NCBI GenBank assembly: GCA_043822705.1
Contig: JBDRBK010000199.1
Location: 1 to 26,884 of the forward strand
Direction: 5' to 3'
Source of the DNA: Fidelibacterota bacterium
Lineage (GTDB): Bacteria; Fidelibacterota; Marinisomatia; Marinisomatales; TCS56
Length of the DNA: 26,884 nt
Under the pieces are notes generated by a model. The model was not told the DNA's origin and made no database searches. It was given only the letters and a program-made list of their open reading frames with translations. The position numbers were made by a program, and so were the translations under genes. Shown piece by piece: positions 10,201 to 17,948 of the stretch (positions are counted from its first letter, which is position 1; the number at the start of each line of letters is the position of its first letter).

Positions 10201-10518
10201 TTAATCTGAATTTAATACGTTAGCCGGCGCGCAATTCGGTGGACATGGAATAAGCCTCTCTGTAATAATCCCATCTATCAAATCACCCATATTGGCTTTT
10301 GCACCTACCAGAACAAGGTCAGGCTTTCCATCATCGTGTTGCCCGAAATAAAACCGAATTCCCACACAATCTGCCTGGTTAATGATGTTTTCGATTGCAG
10401 TTTTCCCGACAAAGCCTGCTATAACAGCATCCTCTCCCGCACTTTTGCGATAATTCGCTGTTAATTTACTGGCTTCTTCTAATGAAATGGAATGATTTTC
10501 ATTTCCTGTGAATGACAT
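10201..10518 (-). CDS. Uncharacterised 105-aa protein with C-terminal PCPPNC motif
   Basis: Strong RBS (AAGGAG); first gene of the four-gene operon; motifs ISLEEA..LTANYR, CVGIRFYFG, LVLVGA and PCPPNC; no evident signal peptide. Confidence 0.85.
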   Translation of the reverse strand: MSFTGNENHSISLEEASKLTANYRKSAGEDAVIAGFVGKTAIENIINQADCVGIRFYFGQHDDGKPDLVLVGAKANMGDLIDGIITERLIPCPPNCAPANVLNSD

Positions 10519-10574
10519 ACTTGTCTCCTTGTTTTATTCACAACTAAGTTAAACGGGACGTTCCTTCAGGATAA

Positions 10575-10619
10575 ATACGGTGAAAACCGTATACTACTTA
10601 AAATATTGCGTATTTACGC
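10575..10619. promoter_or_regulatory. Palindromic candidate regulator-binding sites upstream of the four-gene operon
   Basis: ATACGGT-gaaa-ACCGTAT (10575-10592) and GCGTA-tt-TACGC (10608-10619), centres 30 bp apart. Confidence 0.45.
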
Positions 10620-10870
10620 TGGATATATCGCCTGATGAAAAACCTGATATTTATATATATTCCAGGTTGTATCGGTCAGGACGGCTATTACGGCTGGACA
10701 TTTTCCGATTATGGAAAATTATACCCGACCGGATTCATCACTATGTCCCAATAAAATTAATCCGAAATTATTTCCGTCCTGACCGGTAAATTTATACTGG
10801 CATTTTTGCGGTCATCTGATCAATCCCCGACCAATCCCGCCGCCAATAACCATGACAAAGGAAATATAAT

Positions 10871-12643
10871 TTGGAAAATGAACCAAATCCCCCGGTCGAA
10901 TTTGCCGATTTCGGCCTGGCTGATGCGATACTTAAAACAGTAAAAGACCTCGGTTATGAATCACCTTCGGCCATTCAGGCCCAGGCGATCCCCCATATTC
11001 TGGCTGGTCGCGACCTGGTCGGACAGGCCCAGACCGGTACCGGCAAGACGGCGGCCTTCGCCTTACCGTTATTATCGCGCATCGATGTAAAAATTACACA
11101 GCCGCAGGTCCTGGTGCTGACCCCCACCCGGGAGCTGGCGATTCAGGTGGCCGAGGCCTTTCAGGGCTACGCCGCCCGCCTGAAGAATTTCCACATCCTG
11201 CCGATCTATGGCGGCCAAAGTTATATCGGCCAGTTGCAGCAATTGAAGCGCGGCGTTCAGGTCGTCGTCGGTACGCCCGGACGGATAATGGACCACATGC
11301 GCCGCGGTACGCTGAATCTGGAGGCGATCACCGCCCTGGTGCTGGACGAAGCCGACGAAATGCTGCGCATGGGTTTTATCGACGATGTGGAATGGATCCT
11401 CGAGCAGACACCGAAAGAGCGGCAGACGGCGCTGTTTTCGGCCACCATGCCGGCGCCGATCCGGAAAATCGCCCGGAAATACCTGAACAACCCCGAAGAA
11501 ATCACCATCCGGACCAAGACATCCACGGTGGCGACCACCAACCAGCGCTACTGGATGGTCAGCGGGTTCCACAAACTCGACGCCCTGACGCGGATCCTGG
11601 AAGCGGAAATATTTGACGCCATCATAATATTTGTGCGGACCAAAATCGCCACCACCGAACTATCCGAAAAACTCGAGGCTCGCGGCTTCGCCTCGGCGCC
11701 CCTGAACGGCGACATCCAGCAGCGCCAGCGGGAAAAAACCATCGCCCAACTCAAAGCCGGCCAACTGAATATTCTGGTCGCCACCGATGTGGCCGCCCGG
11801 GGACTGGACGTGGACCGGGTCAGCCACGTGATCAATTATGATATTCCCTACGACAGCGAAGCCTATATCCATCGCATCGGCCGCACCGGTCGCATGGGCC
11901 GCAAAGGTGAAGCAATCCTGTTTGTTTCCCCCCGGGAAAAACGCCTGCTCTGGGCGATCGAGAAGGCCACCAACCAGAAAATCGAATTGATGCGCCTGCC
12001 GTCCACCGCCGATATTAACGACCGGCGGATCGAACGCTTCAAACAACGGATCACCGACACACTGGGAACCGGCGACCTGGAGCCGTTTACGCAAATTATC
12101 GATCAGTACCGGATGGAATCGGATGTGCCTTCGATCGAAATCGCCGCCGCCCTGGCAAAGCTCCTGCAGGGCGATATTCCACTGCTGCTGCAGCATGTGC
12201 AGGAACCGCCACTGGAACGGGAGCGACCGGAGTACGAAAGAAAATCCTTTGCCCGGCCGCGGACCAGCCGCGACCGGCCGGTAAAAAAGTTCACACCGCC
12301 CACTACCGGAATGGAGCGCTTCCAGATTCAGGTGGGCCATTCCCATGGCGTAAAACCGGGGAACATCGTCGGGGCCATCGCCAATGAGGCCGGCCTGGAC
12401 AGTGAATTTATCGGACGGATCGATATTTTCGATGATTACAGCACGGTCGACCTGCCCGCCGGGATGCCGCGTGAAATACTGGAATTACTGAAAAGCGTCG
12501 TGGTCGCCGGGCAGCGGCTGAATATGGCCAAATTCAGCAAACCGGAAAGAGTGGATTCTAAAATCCCGGACCGAAAAACCGGGAAACGCACCAAAACACC
12601 AAGACCGAAAACAGCGGCGAAGCCCAAACGCAATAAAAAATAG
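10871..12643 (+). CDS. deaD: DEAD-box RNA helicase DeaD/CsdA with C-terminal DbpA-type RNA-binding domain
   Basis: AQTGTGKT, PTRELA, DEAD, SAT, ARGLD and HRIGRTGR motifs; C-terminal GVKPGNIVGAIANEAG. Confidence 0.95.
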   Translation: MENEPNPPVEFADFGLADAILKTVKDLGYESPSAIQAQAIPHILAGRDLVGQAQTGTGKTAAFALPLLSRIDVKITQPQVLVLTPTRELAIQVAEAFQGYAARLKNFHILPIYGGQSYIGQLQQLKRGVQVVVGTPGRIMDHMRRGTLNLEAITALVLDEADEMLRMGFIDDVEWILEQTPKERQTALFSATMPAPIRKIARKYLNNPEEITIRTKTSTVATTNQRYWMVSGFHKLDALTRILEAEIFDAIIIFVRTKIATTELSEKLEARGFASAPLNGDIQQRQREKTIAQLKAGQLNILVATDVAARGLDVDRVSHVINYDIPYDSEAYIHRIGRTGRMGRKGEAILFVSPREKRLLWAIEKATNQKIELMRLPSTADINDRRIERFKQRITDTLGTGDLEPFTQIIDQYRMESDVPSIEIAAALAKLLQGDIPLLLQHVQEPPLERERPEYERKSFARPRTSRDRPVKKFTPPTTGMERFQIQVGHSHGVKPGNIVGAIANEAGLDSEFIGRIDIFDDYSTVDLPAGMPREILELLKSVVVAGQRLNMAKFSKPERVDSKIPDRKTGKRTKTPRPKTAAKPKRNKK

Positions 12644-12874
12644 CGGTTCCCGCAGACGGCAATACCTTCCCGGCAAGGCGGTTCTCTTATCAGCCCTGAT
12701 TAATCCGCACCTGTCGGGATTATTAATACCGATAAATGCCAAGCAATTCCACCCGAAGAGAAAACCATTGCCGGCGCCGATATTGCAAGCCGTTTATGGA
12801 ATTTGATTATAGCTGGTGCGAAGCGCTGTTATAACCGACCAGTATAATTTTACTTGCCGCTCCAAAATACAAAC

Positions 12875-12992
12875 CGTTGAAACGGACCGATCCGGGTGGT
12901 ACCCGTACCGGCGGCGTTATCCTGTTAATTCCCGAATATTAAATCTTAATTATTGAATTCCAATTTCACAGCGAACCGGCGCCGTTTCAACG
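12875..12992. repeat. Inverted pair of short palindromic units (CGTTGAAACGG / CCGTTTCAACG), REP-like
   Basis: Perfect 11-bp inverted repeat at 12875-12885 and 12982-12992 between convergent genes; CCGTT-GA-AACGG is itself a mini-hairpin. Confidence 0.4.
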
Positions 12993-13004
12993 ATTTTTTG
13001 CGGC

Positions 13005-13319
13005 CTAACGCCGGGCGGTGATGCCGAACTCCAGCCAGCCGGACTTATCCACCGACAGCTTGACCAGCTTGGCGGCCTCGCTGTGCCGGGCCTTGAGATA
13101 GGCCAATTGCTGATTCAGGTTCGCCGTCTTGGATTTCAGGCCGGCTTTCAGGGCTTCCTGTTCATTATTCAGGCTCTCGCAGGAATTGATTACCGTTTCA
13201 AAACCGGTGATGAACTCCGCATCGAGGCCGCGTCTGGCCACCGCTTCGGCATGCGCCTGCAGACCGCTGAGCATGACCTTGGAATTACTAATTATGTCAC
13301 CGAAGGAAGTTCTGGTCAT
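13005..13319 (-). CDS. Uncharacterised 104-aa alpha-helical (coiled-coil) protein
   Basis: AGGAG RBS upstream; amphipathic helical pattern LNNEQEALKAGLKSKT...W.EFGI, resembling a hypothetical family I recall from FCB-group genomes. Confidence 0.8.
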   Translation of the reverse strand: MTRTSFGDIISNSKVMLSGLQAHAEAVARRGLDAEFITGFETVINSCESLNNEQEALKAGLKSKTANLNQQLAYLKARHSEAAKLVKLSVDKSGWLEFGITARR

Positions 13320-13433
13320 TTATAGTTACTCCTGATTTAAAGATTATTGATACTTTTCTTCCGACTGATCGTACAGGTGAAGCATTTGACCCCGTAAATT
13401 CGAAATATGATCAGGTTGGAAGACCTTTCCGGA

Positions 13434-13745
13434 CCGGGCAAGTCCCGCTTAATCCGGGTTCTCCTCCGCCCCTTCCGGGGCAACCGATTTTACAACTAAT
13501 TTTGCTCTTCCGCAAATTCGGGCGAAGGATTTCCCTTAATGGGCGACCGGTTATTTTGCTCGGGCGGGGTTTCCCCATGTTTGGGCGAAGGCTGCCCATG
13601 GTAATTTATGCCCTTCCCTTGCTTGGGCGAAGCCCGCCCATGATCGGGGACGTAATTCCTGTGATCATTTGTGGGGCAGGCCATGGAATTCAAGTATGGG
13701 GAAGCAGCTAAAAGCATGGGGGAATTTGAAATTACATTCGGCAAC
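13434..13745. repeat. Degenerate tandem array with 21-bp period
   Basis: GGGCRA-like anchor at 13436, 13478, 13520, 13541, 13562, 13583, 13625 and 13646 (all multiples of 21 apart); second phase-shifted run at 13698, 13719 and 13740. Confidence 0.75.
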
Positions 13746-13821
13746 CGGCCGCTCTTGCAGGCTTGTGTCAGTGCCGCTCACCGTACCGGGCGCCAGACCG
13801 GACGACCAATTCATTGACATG

Positions 13822-13953
13822 GTTTAACGGATATGCGCTTCTGCTGTGCGGACTTGTTCGCACAGAGTAACGAACACCTCAAATTGACTGTCGTTGCTCA
13901 AAGATGGTTGCCTTACCCCCAGCTCCCGCATTAGCAGCAAGCGCATGTTAGGT
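13822..13953 (-). mobile_element. Integron attC recombination site (132 bp)
   Basis: Minus strand: R'' ACCTAAC (contains the ORF's TAA stop), then ATGCGCTT-G-CTGCT ... AGCAG-AAGCGCAT (inverted repeat with one extrahelical base), then R' GTTAAAC. Further TGCGG/CCGCA pairing inside. The L'-R' spacer is 9 nt, longer than the textbook ~6. Confidence 0.85.
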
Positions 13954-15213
13954 AGAATCATCTCTGCTACGAATAATGTGGTGTATTTCAGCAATCTTTA
14001 ATGCATTCAAGCAGGAAATCAATGGGTAGCAAATTCGTTCTACACTTCTCACAAACTCTATGTAGGGAGTGGGAGGTTGACCATCAACCCTGATCTCTCC
14101 CGAGGGGAGATGATGATTGATACCACGGTGTCCGATTTTGTTTCTTAGTTGCCTATCCATGGTGGAAGTCAAACATCCATCCCATACAGTCAATTCACGG
14201 AAATAGAACAACTTTTTCTCTGCGGTGAGTCTATTGAATTGGTTTCGATTGTTTGGTGTTCTGTGTATTTCCGGGAAGGTTGCATAAGCAGACGGATCAC
14301 CGCGATTCACCACATTCACAGCTTCAATTATGAAAGTAAAAGATTGTGTACAAGCTTCGAAGCACTGTATATACAGGTCACGTAACTCTGGAAAGTTGTC
14401 GCGGTATATTCTCAGATCTCCGTATTGGGAGTGATCTTGAGGGTATAAATCTAGAATCACTCCCGGCAAGACAGCATCACCAACATTAATGTATTGTGAA
14501 ATACAATCGAACAATGACTCCCGGCATATAAGAAAGTCTGGATCTGTAACTAGTACTTCTTGGAATGAGCTGATTGCATCTGCGTTGGCTCCACGTGGCA
14601 AGAAAAATTCATTCCACTCGCGGCGCATATTGATGTGTAGGGGATACACACACAGAGGCGTTAAGAACTGATCATACAATCTATACAGCACATCATATCT
14701 AATTAGTGGATTGATATCATCAAGTTCTTCATTGATAAGTTCCTGCATCAGGGGGTCAAAGAGCTCCCAGTTAGAATCCAAGAAGAAGCGCGTAAGTCGT
14801 CTAAGTCTATTCCATTTGTTATTCAGAAATTCATAGTAGACTGAAACCCTCATCGAATATTCTGAGAATCGTTCACCTAGAATGCTATATGTAAATAGAA
14901 AAGGTGAACCACCTTCATCATCCATGCCGCGAGCGGTGGCTGGAGTTGGTAAAATAGGATCGATTGTGTAAACCTGTTCAGTGTCGAGGTCTGGATCGAA
15001 CAAAGCCCCTTCCTCTAAATGGACCTCGATATCGCCAGAGCCAATAGTTAGTTTCCCCCGGGTTGAGGAATTACAGTTGCTACATACGTAATAAAATGGT
15101 TGTACAGAAGAGGCTCCGACACTTATCCGAAGCGCTACTTTCTCGTCACACCCCGGACATTTTGTGTCGACTCTTTGTATCATTTAATTACCATCGGCAC
15201 GATTTCTACCTAA
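13828..15213 (-). mobile_element. Single integron gene cassette (no intI in window)
   Basis: Upstream core site G|TTAGGT (15214-15208) about 30 nt before the ATG. GTTAGGTAGAA is the exact complement of TTCTACCTAAC at the attC R'' end, as expected for one excisable cassette. Lower GC than the flanks. Confidence 0.85.
13948..15183 (-). CDS. Cassette-encoded hypothetical protein: N-terminal Zn ribbon, C-terminal HEPN-like motif
   Basis: CPGC...CSNC near the N-terminus; helical body; LRNKIGH (Rx4H) near the C-terminus. Confidence 0.75.
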   Translation of the reverse strand: MIQRVDTKCPGCDEKVALRISVGASSVQPFYYVCSNCNSSTRGKLTIGSGDIEVHLEEGALFDPDLDTEQVYTIDPILPTPATARGMDDEGGSPFLFTYSILGERFSEYSMRVSVYYEFLNNKWNRLRRLTRFFLDSNWELFDPLMQELINEELDDINPLIRYDVLYRLYDQFLTPLCVYPLHINMRREWNEFFLPRGANADAISSFQEVLVTDPDFLICRESLFDCISQYINVGDAVLPGVILDLYPQDHSQYGDLRIYRDNFPELRDLYIQCFEACTQSFTFIIEAVNVVNRGDPSAYATFPEIHRTPNNRNQFNRLTAEKKLFYFRELTVWDGCLTSTMDRQLRNKIGHRGINHHLPSGEIRVDGQPPTPYIEFVRSVERICYPLISCLNALKIAEIHHIIRSRDDST

Positions 15214-15432
15214 CATATGCTTATCCAACTTGGGTAAGTGTCTTTAGTCGATAAAATCTGCGGGATAATGTTCTGAGTTAAAATGCCATAACTCGCTGTT
15301 TAGTAAAAGTTAAACAGTCATTTTCAGTAATCCAAACAGAATTTTGGCAGCGCCCCGTAATACCGCTTACCCCGGCAGCATTCCCGGTTGATCATCCGGT
15401 CCTGGTATTACCTGCCCCAGCGGCTCAATGAC

Positions 15433-16581
15433 TTAATGACCAAATGACTGCCGGCTCCTGGTGATGAATTGCGCCGCGCCCAAGGAAACGGCGCTCATCC
15501 CGGCGCCGGCCAGGAAGGGTATCCGGTAATCGACGATCCAGGCCAGGCCACCCAGGGCCGGGACCACCACCGCGGCGATATGATTGATCGTAAAGCCCAC
15601 CGCCATGCTGGGGGCGATATCGCCGGGCTCACCGATCTTCTGGAAATAGGTCCTGATCCCCATGGAAAAATTGAAGAAAATATGATCCAGGATGTACAGC
15701 ACAGCCACCAGCATTTTCGATTCCACGAAGGCATAGGCCGTGAAAACAAAGATCAGGCTGAAATATTCCAGCGACAATACCCGGCGCTCGCCGAACCGGC
15801 TGATCGCCCGGCCGATCAGCGGGCTTAAAAAATAGTTCACCATATTGTTCAGGATAAACAGCAGGGTGATTTCCCGGACGCTGAAGGAAAATTTCTGCAC
15901 CAGCAGGAAAACGGCGAAAGCCACGAAAATCTGGCGCCGCGCCCCGGACATGAACGTCAGGAAATAGTACAGCCAGTATTTCTTCCGGAAAATCATCTTT
16001 TTGTGCTGGGGCACCAAATCGTCGCGGGTCGGGTTCCGGGAAAGACCCCAGATGCCGGCGGCGGCGATGGCGACACCGACCACCAGGTAGATCGACCGGT
16101 AACTCAGCAGATAACTGATCAGGAAGATGAACAGACCGACGCCGATATTGGAAGCCGCCGCATAACTGCGCAACTTGCCGAACACCCAGGGGGCCGTGGC
16201 GATGTCGAAATACTGCAGCGTCAGCGACTGGTTGGTGGTCTCATAATAATGAAAACCGAAACTCATGATCAGCGTGGTCAGCACCAGACCGTAGTAGGAT
16301 GGCATCTGGCCGGTCAGCGCGATACCCAGTCCCAGGATCAGGATCGACAGGGCCGACAGGCGGTGTTCCTTCATTATCAGAATCAGGTAGATCGCCAGCA
16401 GGGCCAGGAAGCCCGGCACTTCCCGCACCGATTGAATTATGCCAATATGATTGCCGTCCAGCCCGACGACTTCCACCGCGAAATTATTGAACAGCGTCCG
16501 CCAGACCTGCAGCCCGACGGTGGAGGCGATGGTCAGCAGCGCCAGAAAGCGAAACATGGCGTTTTTGGTAATGGCATTCAT
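15433..16581 (-). CDS. MFS transporter, uncharacterised substrate
   Basis: 382 aa with about 12 hydrophobic segments; GRAISRFGERRV motif-A-like loop. Confidence 0.88.
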   Translation of the reverse strand: MNAITKNAMFRFLALLTIASTVGLQVWRTLFNNFAVEVVGLDGNHIGIIQSVREVPGFLALLAIYLILIMKEHRLSALSILILGLGIALTGQMPSYYGLVLTTLIMSFGFHYYETTNQSLTLQYFDIATAPWVFGKLRSYAAASNIGVGLFIFLISYLLSYRSIYLVVGVAIAAAGIWGLSRNPTRDDLVPQHKKMIFRKKYWLYYFLTFMSGARRQIFVAFAVFLLVQKFSFSVREITLLFILNNMVNYFLSPLIGRAISRFGERRVLSLEYFSLIFVFTAYAFVESKMLVAVLYILDHIFFNFSMGIRTYFQKIGEPGDIAPSMAVGFTINHIAAVVVPALGGLAWIVDYRIPFLAGAGMSAVSLGAAQFITRSRQSFGH

Positions 16582-16641
16582 CGGGAATTTTTACAGGAAA
16601 AAGCCGGCAAACCGACCGCTGTCCGGACGATGATTCAGCGG

Positions 16642-17868
16642 TCAGGCTTCCAGGACTGCCGCCACATCGATCCCCCACTGCCCGGGGTCCTCGTAGCTGA
16701 CGATTTTGGTGGTCTGCCCCATCGCCGAGGCCAGGTCGATCGTCCGCCGGCCGATCGGGCGGCTGGTCTTGGTATCGTAAACGACCCGCACCACCGGCAT
16801 GGTGCGATTGGCCTCGATCACCACGCCGACCAGACCGTTGCCCAGGCGCACGACCGTCCCCACCGGATAGATACCGATAAATATAATAAACTGGTGCACC
16901 AGGTCCGGGTTAAAATGGTATTTGCTCCATTCATACATTTTTTTCACGGTGTGGGCCGGTGACAGACCCTTGTGATAGATCCGGTCGGAAGACAAAGCAT
17001 CGTAGACATCGACAATAGCCGCCATCTGGCCGCCGAGGCTGATGGCGTCGCCATTCAGTCCACGGGGGTAACCGGTACCGTCAAAGCGCTCGTGATGATC
17101 GCTCGCCACCTGCAGGATAATCGGATCCAGGTCGGGATTCTGCTCCAGAATCCGCGCGCTCTGGACCACATGGTCCTTGATCATCCGGAATTCGGCGTCG
17201 CTCAGACGCGCCGGTTTATTGAGAATCTCCAGTGGAATCTGCATTTTACCGATATCATGCAGCAGACCGCCGATCCCGATGTTATGAATATCGTCGGAAC
17301 TCATTTTCATAAACCTGGCAAAGGCGATCAGCAGCGCGCCCACACTCAGGGAATGGAGATAGGTGTATTCGTCGATTTTCTTGACCCGCAGCAGCGACAG
17401 CAGCGCATTCTCATTGCGCGTGATCGATTCCACCATATTATCCACCAGCGGATTGATGTCGTCCAGACTGCCCAGCCGGCCACCGGCGGCCGCGTTCAGA
17501 ACCCTGCCCATATGGCTGCGAGCGGCGGCCTTGACTTCACGCGCCTTATGAATTTCCTGCTCAAAGGGAATATTTTCCAGGGCAGAATCAACGTTTTTCC
17601 GCACCAGGACCGGCTTTTGAAAGTTGCGCGTGAACTCCCTGGTCAATTGGCGCCCGGCCTCTTCCGCCGTCGGGGCGTCGGGCAGGTCGCGGCCTTTTTC
17701 GGTATCGATATACAGCTCCCGGATGCCCGCTTTGACGATCTTATTCAAAATAGCGCTGTTTTTGACCAGCAACTGGGATTGGTAGAATGGGTGGGTCATC
17801 CAGCCACAGTTGAAATCGTGAACATACATGCCGATTTCAAGCTGTTCGATTTTTATCTTTTTTATCAT
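16642..17868 (-). CDS. HD-GYP domain protein (putative c-di-GMP phosphodiesterase) with DUF3391-like N-terminus
   Basis: YTYLHS, GLLHDIGK, HHERFDGTGYP and IVDVYDAL; N-terminal KIKIEQLEIGMYV...W.THPF. Confidence 0.93.
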   Translation of the reverse strand: MIKKIKIEQLEIGMYVHDFNCGWMTHPFYQSQLLVKNSAILNKIVKAGIRELYIDTEKGRDLPDAPTAEEAGRQLTREFTRNFQKPVLVRKNVDSALENIPFEQEIHKAREVKAAARSHMGRVLNAAAGGRLGSLDDINPLVDNMVESITRNENALLSLLRVKKIDEYTYLHSLSVGALLIAFARFMKMSSDDIHNIGIGGLLHDIGKMQIPLEILNKPARLSDAEFRMIKDHVVQSARILEQNPDLDPIILQVASDHHERFDGTGYPRGLNGDAISLGGQMAAIVDVYDALSSDRIYHKGLSPAHTVKKMYEWSKYHFNPDLVHQFIIFIGIYPVGTVVRLGNGLVGVVIEANRTMPVVRVVYDTKTSRPIGRRTIDLASAMGQTTKIVSYEDPGQWGIDVAAVLEA

Positions 17869-17948
17869 TCTACCGCTGATTTTCCAAGCGGCAGGATATT
17901 ATCCGGCAGCGACCGTATCTGCTATCGGCTTTTCGTCCGGTACAATCC

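Noticed and set aside
10580..10789. 69-aa ORF in the divergent promoter region
   Set aside because: No RBS or motif; it overlaps the palindromic regulatory elements.
13434..13745. CRISPR array interpretation of the periodic region
   Set aside because: The period is only 21 bp with a ~6-nt degenerate anchor; no identical 23-47-bp repeats and no cas genes.
13003..13821. Second integron cassette covering the 21-bp array and the 104-aa gene
   Set aside because: A GTTAGGC overlaps the gene's stop (13003-13009, minus strand), but no matching R'' or attC hairpin was found after the gene.
15208..15235. XerCD dif-like site at the cassette insertion point
   Set aside because: The reconstructed empty site resembles the XerD arm (ATATGTTAAAC) but lacks the 11-6-11 spacing; an attI-like or secondary site fits better.
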